Program-made: the position numbers and the translations under genes
NCBI GenBank assembly: GCA_964304625.1
Contig: OZ199840.1
Span: 7,819,744-7,883,743, forward strand
Length of the DNA: 64,000 nt
Source: Kudoa neothunni
Lineage: Eukaryota > Animalia > Cnidaria
Reading direction: 5' to 3'
The notes under the pieces: model-generated
What the model saw: the letters and a program-made list of their open reading frames with translations, nothing else
Told to the model about the DNA's origin: nothing
The model's database searches: none
Part shown: piece by piece, positions 24,502-37,401 of the stretch
How the letters are laid out: every line of letters begins with the position of its first letter
How positions within the stretch are numbered: the stretch's first letter is position 1

Positions 24502-27500
24502 CTTTGTAAATGGGTTTAAAACGTTTTAACATTTTTTTCTGAATTTTTAGCATTAATAAACGATTGTATGTACATTTTACATCTATTTTATTAGATTAAA
24601 TTGAATTGAATTAGGATAATCCCACTTTCTAAATATTTTTTTGTGTCATAACCAGTATTTACGAATTATATTTTTATAAATTCCACTAAAAATTATATTT
24701 ATTGGTGACATAGCATCAACTGGAAGTTATTTTTGTCCATCTTATCAGTGTTTGTTTCGTAGTTAATTTTTTTGATACGATGGTAGTATAAAAAATAAAA
24801 ATATTAAAGCTAATGTGGTGATAGTCATATATCCTCGAATCGAAACTTTATCAGCTAATGACCGTCATTATCAGCTGTTTTTACAACCCATTTATAAATT
24901 CGTTAATATAATAGCATATCATGTTTAAAGTTGTGTATATTAGTTAATGAAATATCAATATTTGTATTCAATGCTATGTAGATAGACTTAGTAAATGAGA
25001 TAAAAATTGAACTGTATATGCATTTTTTCAGGTTAATTTTTGAAAATCTCCACTTAAATTAATTCAGTCAATCCTGTTTATCGCGTGTATTAATAGAGTG
25101 TACTTCTAAAACAGAGCACAATTCTAAAATGCGATCGAATTTTTTTTCTTTCATAATAATTATTTATGACATTAAATGAACATTTTTATCGCTATTTAAT
25201 TGAAAATATGTAATATATGTTTACTCATAAATGAGAGATTGTTATCTTTCAATAATATTATTTTGACGTAATCGAAAAAATTTATCCATAATTTATTTAT
25301 TATTATATAAAAAAAAATTTAAAAAGATGTAAATATACTCATTTAATTAAAAAATGCCTTCAAGGTTCGATCTGCTTAATTTGGCGAAGAATATTCACTA
25401 ATTTTTGAAAAAAATAATGGCAGGGGTCTAAAATACTTTTGCGTTAAATTCCAGACTTTCGTACACAATTTACGGGGAGTTATTGACTATAGTTCACGTA
25501 AGCCTTATTCACATGGGGATAATATTGGTAATACATATAAGTCATTTGACTCCAAAACGGTATTGATGATTGTTACCTTGTCCACTTAAGTAAATATTCT
25601 ATTTTTGGCGCATATATTTATGTATATACAAAATTTTCTTTCACTTCTTAAATATTCCAAAATAATGATAGTTTATAAAGCCTAAACTTTGCTACGAATA
25701 ATTTTAAACACAGTTGTTTATCGACTTCCTATCCTTTTAATGTTTCTTATCTCTTTTGAAACTTTTTTGGTCAATATTTATTCTATAAATATATGAGCTT
25801 TAGCTTATGCAATTAAAAGTAAAATTAAAAGTTTCGAGAAAAAAATTCATCTACTGTGTTCCCTCTAAAATAAGACAGCGATAATTTTATTCTACACTTT
25901 AAATACTACCTGGCACTGTTTCAGAGTATCTTGGTAACGATTATTTGACAGTACTTAGATTAATAGACTTTAGAAAAATAATGAATAATTACGTTTTCTA
26001 CGAAAATAACAAGTTGTTTGTTATGAAAAACTTCGTCTATACTACTTCTTTAGATAGCCACATACGAATATAATCCTTTTTATTTTATGTCAAAAATATA
26101 AAATCTACCTCGAAAATAAACCTAATAGCTTCTTCTTGTGTAAAATTAATATAAAACCAAGTATTATTTTAGAGGCAACATGGCAATAAAAATAACTAAA
26201 TTCTTAAATGTAGATTTTCTCAAAAAAAACCCTAAATTTTTTAAGTATCCTAAAAAATTTATGGTGAGTACATAATTGGACTGCCATGAATATTTAATAT
26301 AAATCGAATAATAAGTCATAAATAATATGTTCAAAACTATAGTTTTAGAAATATACAAAATTTTCTAATAAATAATAATTGTTAATTATAAATTTAATAT
26401 TTTTTTATTTCAAAATATTTCGATTTTTTAACAAACTTCAAAAAAATGCATAAAATCGATCAAGGATGTATTATAAATAATTTTTCGTTGGATCGAAGGA
26501 AATTATGAAAAATCGATAACACTGTAATTTTAAATTTTTTGAGAAATCCCGAAATTATAGAAAAAAAATATTTTATACTTCATATTTTATTGTAAGAATG
26601 ATTATTTCAATAGTACACAAAATAATTGACGCAGAATAGGTGGACAAATTTTTTAAGGAACATAGTTTTTATTATAAGTCGCTTATAACCGCTTAGAATA
26701 CAAAATGAGCCATAAATAAATTGAAATGGGTAGGAATATTGTCACAAATTTATTTGAAAATATCCTCCATTCCTTTTATAACGCATATAGATATTTCAAA
26801 CTCTGTAGAATAACCAGACATTGAAAGTTAATCAGAAAATAATTCTTTTAACATTTTCTTAACTTATATTAAACCCACTTAAAAAGACGAAAAAAGAATT
26901 TTTTCATTTTTTTTATAAAAAATGCATGTTTATTGCGTGCTTCATTTTTATTCTACAACTAAATGTATTTTAATTTTAAAAATTATTTATCACACAACTT
27001 TTCGAACTAAAATAAACAAGTGAATTTCTTTATAAACATATCAACAAAATAAGAAGTGTTCATTGTTTTGACATGGTAATTTTTCACCAGCAACAAAAAT
27101 AATTATATAACTCACTTATGGTTATTTAAAAATTTATTGAAAAAAGATAAAATACTCTCGGGTGATATAATTGTCAAAAAAGCTTAAGAATGATAGTAAA
27201 TTTTAATCCTGCACCGAATGTACACTTAGGCGTTGGGGGAATTTTTCACCTCCTAACCTATTACTTGCAAACTATATATGTAATGAATCCTTTAGAATTG
27301 ATTATATCTATTTATAGCGAAGAATTTCGTTTTTTATGTTGGAAAACATCAAATATTATCAAAACATATAACATCTAATAAAATGGATCCATGAGAATAG
27401 TCATTTTCTTGATTATTATTTGATATGCAATATTCAAAGAATTGCCGTCTAATTATTTACATTATAACATATTTTTATATCTGTTAAATTTTGAGTAATT

Positions 27501-27767
27501 TAAAGAATAATGTATAAAAATAAACCTAAAATGCTTATTTTAAATCCCAACAATCTTTCATTAATTTAAATGGATATTATAATATTTTGTCAATATTTAA
27601 ATCTTTTAATTAAATTTCATTATCTGATAATAAATAACGATCTGTTATTTTTTGAATTTTTATAAACTACACCATGGAAAATTTAGAAAAAAATTATTAA
27701 ACTATTATGTTTTGATTTAGATTTTTAGTAATTTAATTGGTTATATAATAGTTTTTCGGAAAACAGA

Positions 27768-29630
27768 ATGGTGTCTCTCAAGCAACTTGTTTTCGATAAA
27801 TACACCAGTCGAATAATTGGTATCACTTTTATTAAATTCAAGTCTTTATATGACATTTAATTTAGGTAAAAATGGTCAAAACATAAAACGAGTTATTAAC
27901 GGATATGGTTGTAGAATTATGGTATCATCGAATATGTAATATTTACGTCCTTTGTGTGGTGGTTGATATTTTTCATTTGAATGGGCTGGGGTTTAGTGCG
28001 GATTGCGAGGGCGCGTTTCGTGAGATATCCTATGAAGGATTTGTAGAAAATGTTATCAGAGCATTCACAGATATTCTTGTGTACACAAACTATCTTCAAA
28101 CTCAATTATCCGAATCACACCACCCAGTTCCACCCATACCGGTAGAGCTGTTCATTATTATTGTTGTTCTGATTGTAATTAGAAGCCATCAGTACATCTA
28201 ACTATGGGTACGCTGTTTCCCGATCAACCCCTTGAATATAATCACTTGTATAACTATCCTGAAAAGATAGTTATACGGGAAACGAGTGATGCCTCTCAAC
28301 TATCCAACGAATTTAATGATAATGTAGCGACACCAAATTGTGATAACTCATTTGACACTTTTGAGAGGAATATTACAACCGGCGAGTATAACATTAATGA
28401 ATATTACACATCAAACATTTTTGATGAGTGCACCAAAAATGAAAAACCTACAATAGCACTATTTTTACCACCCAAATTCAGACTGCATTCTACACTTCCC
28501 CCTTACACCTTTACCTACGGCCAATACACAGTGTTGATACCTTTTAATTCTCCAGAAAGCATTATTTACACTATCAACTATCCCGAGATACCACCCACAC
28601 GAATATTTCATCAGAAAACTCGCTATAAGTATAACCTTTTTATCGCGAAGCGTACCCACAGTATTATATTCCCTCACGAGAAAATCTACTCGACTCTTAT
28701 TCGAAAATTGTGTGGAGTCAAAATAAATTTTGTCCCAGTCACCTATGAATCTATCTCCAATTTGATAAAAAATTATGCTTTTCTCAACAACAACCATAGC
28801 CACATATTAGACAAATTGACGATATTTAGTGATTTTGATGCAGACGATATTAAAGCCTATGCTAGAACCCATGGATATGGTTATGGTGAGATTTTTTATT
28901 ATTGTTTTTCTTGTTGAGCTTAAATAGCAATCATTTTTAGATTTAATTTTTAAATAATTTATAATCATATATAACCCATATAATCCTAACAGTTTACTAA
29001 AGGTTTTTTAATATATATCATTTTTGAATGTTGGTTGTATTTTCTCATACCCCAGCGCATTTAGATAATCAAGAGATTCTCGGCTACAACGTAGAAATTG
29101 TGGGAGATGGTAAAAGTGTCTGGATATGTATGTACATCTTGTTCTCATTATATCGCAACAATATTGACCATATGGAAAAAAATTGTCACATTGAAATGGT
29201 CATTCCCGGTTGTACGGTTGGTAGAATAATTGGTAGCTGTGGGAAAGTTGTATGTTTTAACTTATGGAATTTCTTATATTGGAACTACTAATTATATGTA
29301 AAATTTTAAGGTCGTATCGATTCAAGAACAAACCAACACCCTCATCAGCATACCAAAAAATAGACAGGGCGGTCTTCAAGCGTCGGTCATTATAGCAGGA
29401 TTGTTTATTGGAATTCAGGTTGCTTTCCATTACACATGTGCTAAAATTATAAATGAAAAATAATGTATATTTAGGCAGCTCTCTGCAAAATACGTCATAT
29501 AATTTACACTGGGTTTATGGACGAATTCGCCTATAATGATCACACCATCCGTATTCAACCCATCAAACATTATTATTATGGCCAGGATATTACTAATTGT
29601 TTCCCAATCTATCGAGAAAATTACAAATAG
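27768..29630 (+). CDS. KH-domain RNA-binding protein, IGF2BP/IMP-like C-terminal KH pair; an upstream exon is possible
   Basis: First KH after splicing: LKQLVFDKYTSRIIG|KNGQNIKRVINGYGCRIMVS...REISYEG. Last KH: HIEMVIPGCTVGRIIGSCGKV|VVSIQEQTNTLISIPKN...VIIAGLFIGIQ|AALCKIRHII, close to IGF2BP KH4. Stop TAG at 29628-29630. Confidence 0.8.
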
Positions 29631-30172
29631 TTTATTGTTTTTAATGTTACACCATATAAACAGAGAAAATTACAACAATGTTTTCTCGTTATATTTTCAA
29701 TTATTTAACACACTCCATCTAATAAAACATCTCTAATCAAACCAGCAACAGCTGCGATAGGAGGAACGCATAGATGGTGTCAGTTTTTTATACATTGAAG
29801 CCATTTGTTGTTTTTTTTTTCAATTAAATAATATTTTATTAAAATAACTGCAGATGACAAAGCATTATTCTAAATTTTTATAAGATTTTTAAGGAATACT
29901 AACCTCAAATCATAATGAGACAAGCATCAATTTTTATATAGCGATTAGAATATTTTTAAAATTTATCTATAATGATATATCTAACAAATTTTTGTTAAGT
30001 ATTAGAACAAAATAATAAAAAAACTATGAAATTAAATTTTATCATCGGAGAATCACGCACGGGATCAAATCGACTGAAATTTTTTATTTAAATTATTTAA
30101 TCAATAAATGTTTAAATTAAAAATATTATAACTTTTGGTTGATAATGTTTCAGCTAAACTTCACAATAAGTG

Positions 30173-30960
30173 GCTACTTCTGCAAAATGCGGAATAAATG
30201 GGGACTTTCAAATTATACAATAAATTTTTCGTTTATTTCTCTAAAAATGAACTTAATTCGAATTTTTAATATTTTCAAGAGAAAATGTATTTGATACGTA
30301 ATTGTGGAGCGAATAAAGATTTTTATTTGTAACGCTACGGGAATTTCTCTTGAAGGCACACCAAGTGGTTTCAATTCGGTTGATATGGACACCAGTACTC
30401 GAAGAAAATAAATATTTATGCGTAACTGTTTCGTTGAGAAACCCAAGTTCATTCGCACGACGATATACTGCCCAGCACTCAGTACTACACAGAATTGAAT
30501 TTTCCATCACTCTATTTAAAATGATATTTTCAATAATATCACGGCTCCTTGTGTTGATTAACTCAAAAAAAACAATAACCACTCTCATCTATTCCACCAA
30601 CTATTCAATTCTGCCGATTTTAGAACAAACGACCAACATTGTATTTTCGTATAGTGACGGCAGTCTCATCAATCTGCATTATAATATTTTCATATCCATT
30701 TTTTTTATTTTCGTTGTTGATTTTTAGAATGATAATACTCCGAGTAAGTACTCACTAAACATTTATCGTATTATGCGATGAAATTTTAGTATGATTTTGA
30801 ATTTATTCGTATGCCACATTTTTTAATTGGATGTGCAATACAAAAAATAGAAAGAGTTTCGATATTGGAAAATTTAAGTAATACAAAAATTGACCCAACT
30901 CAGATTTTTTTTCTTCTACGATCTGATCAGTGGAAAATAAATCATTCAGAGACTTGTCAA
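30173..30960 (-). mobile_element. Merlin (IS1595/ISXO2-like) transposase pseudogene
   Basis: The minus strand reads MQIDETAVTIRKYNVGRL and ...ILCSTECWAVY...GFLNETVTHKYLF..STGVHINRIETTWCAFKR, which are ISXO2-type motifs. The frame is shifted and the right end is unclear. Confidence 0.85.
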
Positions 30961-30989
30961 AAACTTATCGCACCAGACATCCACTTTCA

Positions 30990-31480
30990 TATTTCGTTTG
31001 TGCCGAGGACATATAGCACATCGGTGTGACACTCGGATTCAGAATCTTGAGGTAATGGAATCGAATTCGCCGGTGAGTCTCTATCCCATATTTGGGAGCT
31101 GTGGTTAAAGTGTGTTCGCTATGAAGTGAGGTGAACGTGAGTAGAATTTTGAATCTCCGGAACCCATTCAAAGGCAAGTAATTTGCAACCCTCACAGAGC
31201 CAATCTCTTTAAAGGGATAGGGTTTGGGGTGGCGATCGCCCTTAGATGAGGATGTTTGGTGGGTTAAACTCCCACACTACCGCATGAAGATAAGGGGTGG
31301 GGTTCCATGTTACGTCCTGCGGTGCCTAAAGCGTTAATGGAAGAGGTCTGACCAACCAGAATTCCACAACCTAGTAAGTTGCGCCAGGGGTTTTACCTTG
31401 TAAAACAAAAAAAGACAAATGAGCGACAAAATTTTAGTGGGGTATTGAAATTTATGAACGTTTAATGAACCGCTCTGGTG
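30990..31480 (+). mobile_element. Probable 5' UTR plus decayed ORF start of an RTE-like non-LTR retrotransposon
   Basis: Abrupt GC-richer, hairpin-rich island ending ...GGGGTTTTACCTTGTAAAAC. It is followed by GTGGGGTATTGAAATTTATGAACGTTTAAT (VGY*NL*TFN), resembling the APE endonuclease start GTWNVRTL. Confidence 0.45.
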
Positions 31481-33994
31481 GGACCCAGAAAATTCTGAGT
31501 ATTGGTGTGCTACGGTTAATAATGAAATGATTGGGCAGTCAGTCTGGCTAACTTTGAAGTCAATAGCGCAATTTTCGATATCGCTTATTTATAAATGTCA
31601 ATTAATATTTATTGAAACTACAAAAAGCAATGACTAATTATATGGAAATTAATAATAATATTTAAAGTGTCCTTCACCCGAATAGAATCAAAATGGTTTG
31701 ATCTCAATCTTGTCTCTTTTAGAATCATATATGCCCCTTTTAAGTTAATTTAATCTAATCTAATGTAATATTGATTAACTTACAATATTGACTATTTATT
31801 TCCAGTTTATACGTCAATTATACGCGAGATTGAAATACCTCGAGTTTCACGTGATGCTGTTTTTGACGGAATGAAGAACTAAATATGTTAATTTTTAAGG
31901 TCCATCGACAAATTAAGATGGATCTTGTCGAAGACATTTTAAATTTATTTAGAAAATAAATATATATATATATATATATTAATTGCTTTCAAATTTTAAC
32001 GTGATACGGAGCTTGATTCAAAGTTGTGAATAGTTAAAGTTAAAAAATTAATACTTTTAAAAAAGGTGGGACGAGATAGATCAAATGTTAAGAAACACTG
32101 ATCTAGATTCCAGAAGTATTGTATCTCAAAGTAATGTTTTCACATTTTATTCAATATTATAACTTATATATAGTAGAATTGTATATGAAATATAAAACAA
32201 ACATTGAATAGCTACAAAAAAATGTAATCTCATTACCATTATATTCTTCGCACATATCGAACATCGTTTAACCGAAATTTCAATATCAGAAAGGAAAATG
32301 CTAGCTCCCGACATTTTCGAATAAACGGGATTTGACTGTATATTGTTCATAAATAATGGGAACGTTTTTGCTATGTCCCATATTAACTTAAATCTACTTA
32401 TAAATTTTATATTACTAATTTTAAACTCGTCTCTAGGTTTAATTAATTATGGGTAACATTAAATTATTTCATCAACCTAGATAATTGCGTATGTTCACCA
32501 CATTACATTGTTAACTAATATACAAACTTTTTTGTGTTACACGCACGCCAGAATACCACTAGTATAATTATTTTTATTATACTGAAAAACAAGTTATATT
32601 TGTTTGTTAACTGTACCCTCGGGATATTTTAAGAAATTCTTATTCTAACTTTCGCGCGTATTGTTATGAAATTCAATCATTTTTTGTGGGATAACTTTTT
32701 ATATATTCGAGTCATTAAAAAGATTCTTTTGATTTAAATAATTCTTCGCCAACTACAACTACTTCTGATTTCGAATCACGTAATTTTTTTGAGATAAATC
32801 GAATATTTTGGTCATTTTTATTGTTGCTATTGCTATCGTATTCAAATGTTCTTAAAGACGACTCATTATAAATAGATTCAAATATTCAGAAATATCAATA
32901 TAATCCAACGGTTCGTTTAGTTCATCATTTTTTATTTTATTTGACCTAAATTTAATTATATATTTTTATTTTGATTGTGATCCTAGTAAATCATTACCAT
33001 TGGGATTTAATTCGGTTATTTAAAAACAAATCAATACTTTTCCAGAGAGCTCTGCAGAAAAATTAAGCTATTTGTAACAAAATCAAGATCAATTATTACT
33101 GCTTTTAAAACTGTCAAAACCAAGGGATATTTTACTTTTTTGTTTTTCGATCTTTCTAAATTATGGATCACTTCAATTTGAATTTAATTCCAAATTAAGT
33201 TGTAATTTTATCTAATTAAAAGTTTGAATTTTTTATTCTCATTTTTTCAGAAAAATAATATTACAATCTAGTTAACTCATGTTGATTGAAATTGAACTGA
33301 CATTAACAATATACCTGGTAGGTCAATAGGATTTAGTCAGACAGTGATTTTGACTAATATTAGTATTTGGTTTAAGAAATATACAACTATATCAATCCAA
33401 AAAGTTTTTATCTCGATCTAAGCTATGATAGAAACGTCACCCACAACTTATCGGGACGTTACTGTAATTAGGCCCAAAAATTATTTTCATATGAAAATTT
33501 AATTGGTTTTCATTTAAAGTTTCAAAAGACTAACCACAATCTTGTTTTCATGATGTTACTTTAATTCGTTGTTAAGCGATTAACCGTCTACCTGGTTCAA
33601 AATAATTTCGCAGGTTAGTGTAGCCTACGAATATAGTAATAGGGTTTAATTAATTATTATAGGATTTAAACTTATTTTGATCTCGTAGATTATTCAACCC
33701 CAATGAATGTGGCATAATATTGATTCATAATTAAAATTGTTTTCATGCAATAGTTTTGCCATTCTTTAGCTATACAATTATTTGAATTATTGTAACATAT
33801 GGATAAATCAATAGCATACCTTACGATATTATTTTCAATGCTATTTCCATTAATATCGGCTGGGATGCGACCAATGACCATATTTTTAATGACTCGTTCC
33901 AAGTTTCTAACCTAATACACTTACGTTGGGATAAATTTAAGTGCTAACACTTCTCGTCTTTTACGAATGATAATTTGAATTAGAATTATTCGAC

Positions 33995-36465
33995 ATGAGT
34001 TGGTTCAAGCAATTAATAACTTTGTTGAGCATACTACTGCCATGGAACAGCTATATGGAGGAGCTCGATGGGCAAGTGGATGTATCATATTTTATGTTGG
34101 GTTATCTTTTAAAAACTTAATATAGTATAGCTTTGGTATTGTGTTGGAATTCCCACGTAAATATTTGGTTATATATGATTTAAACCAGCTAGAAAATGAT
34201 GAAAGCGGGCCAAAATTGGCAATATTTGAGTGGCGTAACACTGAGAATATAAATTTGAACATATTAAGTCCATTTTATAGGTTTAAAAAGATATTTCTTG
34301 ACTAAACCCGATGAAATAGCTCCAAATATAAAACTGGCCATAGACAGAGGTTTAAAAAATCCATCGCTTGATAATTTATCCAAGGGCAACGCCAACATAA
34401 CTGTAGTTGGGACAGATGAATTCCGTTATTTACTGTATATACTCGTTATTTTTCTATACTTTAATAAGTTTATATATAAATATGATCTAGAGCCACAAAT
34501 AAGGAAGCCTACCAGACAGCATGGGACATTATGAAGAAAACCGTTAGATCATACGATATCTTCGATAAAAAAATAAAGTTCGTGAGTGTTAATAGAAATG
34601 ATCAAGCCTGGTCTTATTTCTATGAAGCAATGAAAACTAAAAAAGTAAGCTACAAGCTTGATTTAACGACTAGACTATTTTTTATTCGAAAAAATATGCT
34701 CAATTGGATAAGATACTAATCTCGCAATCCTTCTTTTTCTATATTATAATACAGCTCATTCATCAATCAAAATTATTTAAATAAAATAATGTGATTTTAT
34801 CTAAAATAAAGTTTATCATTTTTCTAGTCAGTTTAAAAGTTTTATTAAACTAGAGAAATTCAACGATTGCATTAAAAAATTATTCGTTGACGATTATAAT
34901 TTCATCATATTCTAGGTTAAATCAGACGATGCATTGATTTATCTTTATCGATATTCATTCGTTTTTGTTTTTCGATTGAATACCCCAATCGCCGACCTAA
35001 CAAACTCAGACTATACCTCAAAATGCGCGGTAAGAGATGGATTCAATAATTACTTTTCAGTTTGGATTGACTGTGTGGGACCAGAATATATGGAAATCAA
35101 AGCGAATAATTATGTCTCAAGAGTATATTACATTTTTGTGATTGACTACTAACATTTCAAACAAGATGGCCAAGAAACAAAAGAAACCATTTGATTCTGA
35201 AATCAACTTCCCATGTTATCCTGTTGGAGCACGATACTACCATGGCTTAAGCGTCATTTCCAGAGATTATGAATATTGCGATCATGAAACTTACCATTCG
35301 CACAGACCTTTAAGATACACCCTAGTGGGAGCTTACAACAAAGCTGAATGCTACAAACTGATAGATAACCTTGTGAAATCAAGATATGGCTGTCAAAATA
35401 TTCCGTGGTGCTCGCTACTTGATATTCCGCAAAATATTCTAAGTTACATAAAAGATAAGATACTGGTGATTGATTTATTTTGATTTAATTTGTTTGAAAT
35501 CCTATAATTTAAATACTGTAATTTAACTTCAGTTAAACATAGATATTATTAGATTTTTTATAATATTTTTAGTTTCTATTTTTAATACGTAATTCAGATG
35601 AATATAATTAAAATATTAGAATTTTATTAGCTATATATATCTACCTCCTTATTTATAATTATTTGTGTGGTTTATTTCATTATTAGCTGAACCTCGTTTT
35701 CCCGAGACTCAATATTAGAAATGGCACCAAAATATCCCAAGCATTCTTTGATGCAGAAATTAAACGGACATGTTCCCCAAGAAGTACATCGGTGCCTGTA
35801 ATTTTATCAAAATATGTTTGTTCAATTAATATAAATCTAAGGAGATCGAATTTGAAGCTTGTTTCTACCTAACCTACCTAAATTACGTCTACGATTATTG
35901 GAAGATGAACCAACATGAATTTAAATCGATCGTAATTCAATTATTTGTATTTTCTAATACTAGAGTTAAGACTAATTACTTTAAATGGTATCAATACTTT
36001 ATATTTGGGCCGGGGGAACCTCCCACAACGATTCCACCAGAGAAAACGACTACAGCCTCTCCTCCATCAACCGAAAAATCAACAAAACCTCCACCAAAAG
36101 AAGAAATAACAACCCCTCCCCCAAAAGAAGAAATTACAACCCCTCCCCCAAAAGAAGAAATTACAACCCCTCCACCAAAAGAAATTACAACCCCTCCCCC
36201 AAAAGAAGAAATTACAACCCCTCCACCAAAAGAAGAAATTACAACCCCTCCACCAAAAGAAATTACAACCCCTCCGCCAAAAGATGAAGATGACGATTTA
36301 CCGCCGTTGGAACATCAGGGGTCGTTAAATGTTTCTTCGATTGTTGGAATTGTTTTGGGAATTCTCGTTGGTTTGATCCTACTCTTTATTATAGCATCAT
36401 TCCTAATAAGTAAGAGTAAAAAAGATTCAAAGTTATACTCTACGGTTGGCAATGAAAACATCTAA
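33995..36465 (+). CDS. GDA1/CD39 (NTPDase/apyrase)-fold protein with degenerate catalytic motifs, a Pro/Thr repeat stalk and a C-terminal TM helix
   Basis: The spliced product runs hydrophobic leader MSWFKQLITLLSILLPW, then YSFGIVLEFPQNDESGPKLAIFEW (ACR1 position), ITVVGTDEFRYLL (ACR2), VSVNRNDQAWSYF (ACR3), ALIYLYRYSFVFVF (ACR4). It keeps the family Cys scaffold (IDCVG, FPCYPVG, GAYNKAECYKLI, CQNIPWCS, ACFYLTY), then (PPPKEEITT)n, a TM segment IVGIVLGILVGLILLFIIASFLI and a short tail ending at TAA 36465. Confidence 0.8.
36088..36282 (+). repeat. Coding minisatellite of 27/24-bp units encoding PPPKE(E)ITT, 7 full units plus a partial
   Basis: CCTCC(C/A)CCAAAAGAA(GAA)ATTACAACC is repeated in frame within the last exon. 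Confidence 0.97.
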
Positions 36466-37401
36466 AATCTAAAATATTCGATTGGCTATCAATATGCTAA
36501 ACATATAATATTTAGATTAGTGATATTCTTCATAAATATTTGATTAGTTATAAGGAAATTTGAAACCAAGTTATTTTTGAGTGAGCTCTCGGAAATATGA
36601 ATCGACGTTTTTTTGAGATATATCAGCTAGAACATAAATGGCTAAATGTTGATAGATTGCAGTTTATTAATGACTATTCTACCTAATTTATTTCATAAAA
36701 TTGGGCATCTTATTAAAGTAAAATTTATTTCTCATTGGTTGTTTAGGTTTTTATTATATGTGATAATTATTGGAGGAGCCGATCTATAATACATACTTCC
36801 TTAAGTTATAATTCCCCATTATTTCTTTAGTTATCCCACAGTATAAAAATCTGTAAATCAACAATAAAAGCACTAATCAAATTATATATTAAGTTAACTA
36901 ATTTAAAATAATTAAATTCTTCCATTCCCGAATTATTTAATTGCGTTCTGAGAATAATATATTACGTACAAATAGTAAATTATGACGATTTTAAAGGTTA
37001 TGTTTCTCAAAAAAAATATTTTAACCATTATTATCTTTGAATTCCGTGAAAAAATGAAAATCACATAAAAATCGTATTCTTACCTATAATAACCACTTAA
37101 CATTTCACTCTATTTTTAAAAAGAATCAAACAATTTGTTACATCCGCTTAGAAAATAATAGCTTAATATGATCACAATGTTTACATCGATCGTTTTATTT
37201 GTGTGTGTGCGCCAATTTTGATGTCAACTAGTAATTTTCGGAATTATTTCGCATCTAAATATATTCAAAGCTTTTAAACGAGGTAAAATCATTTGAGTTT
37301 TAGTATGTATATTTTTCTCAGTGAAGTATATAAATTATATATAACTAGCGCGAACTAACCAGCGTTGCTTGGGGACGATTTCGCATAGAGACATTTCTTA
37401 A

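Noticed and set aside
25355-25390. tRNA or SINE suggested by GGTTCGA
   Set aside because: No A-box, acceptor stem or cloverleaf surrounds it.
28465-28803. Minus-strand 112-aa ORF
   Set aside because: It is the antisense shadow of the large exon of the KH gene and has no recognisable motif.
32535-32563. Helitron 3' end (GC-richer stretch then CTAG|T); a Helitron-like terminus also at ~37343-37375
   Set aside because: The subterminal hairpin is poor and no partner end or second copy was found, so it was not annotated.
34267-34279. Apparent 13-nt micro-intron (GTCCATTTTATAG) in the NTPDase-like gene
   Set aside because: An upstream donor near 34234 gives an ordinary ~46-nt intron in the same phase, and 13 nt is implausibly short. 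RNA-seq would settle it.
35985-36287. Overlapping alternative-frame ORF (RRNYNPSPK repeats)
   Set aside because: The frame stays open as a by-product of the stop-free coding repeat and has no independent support.
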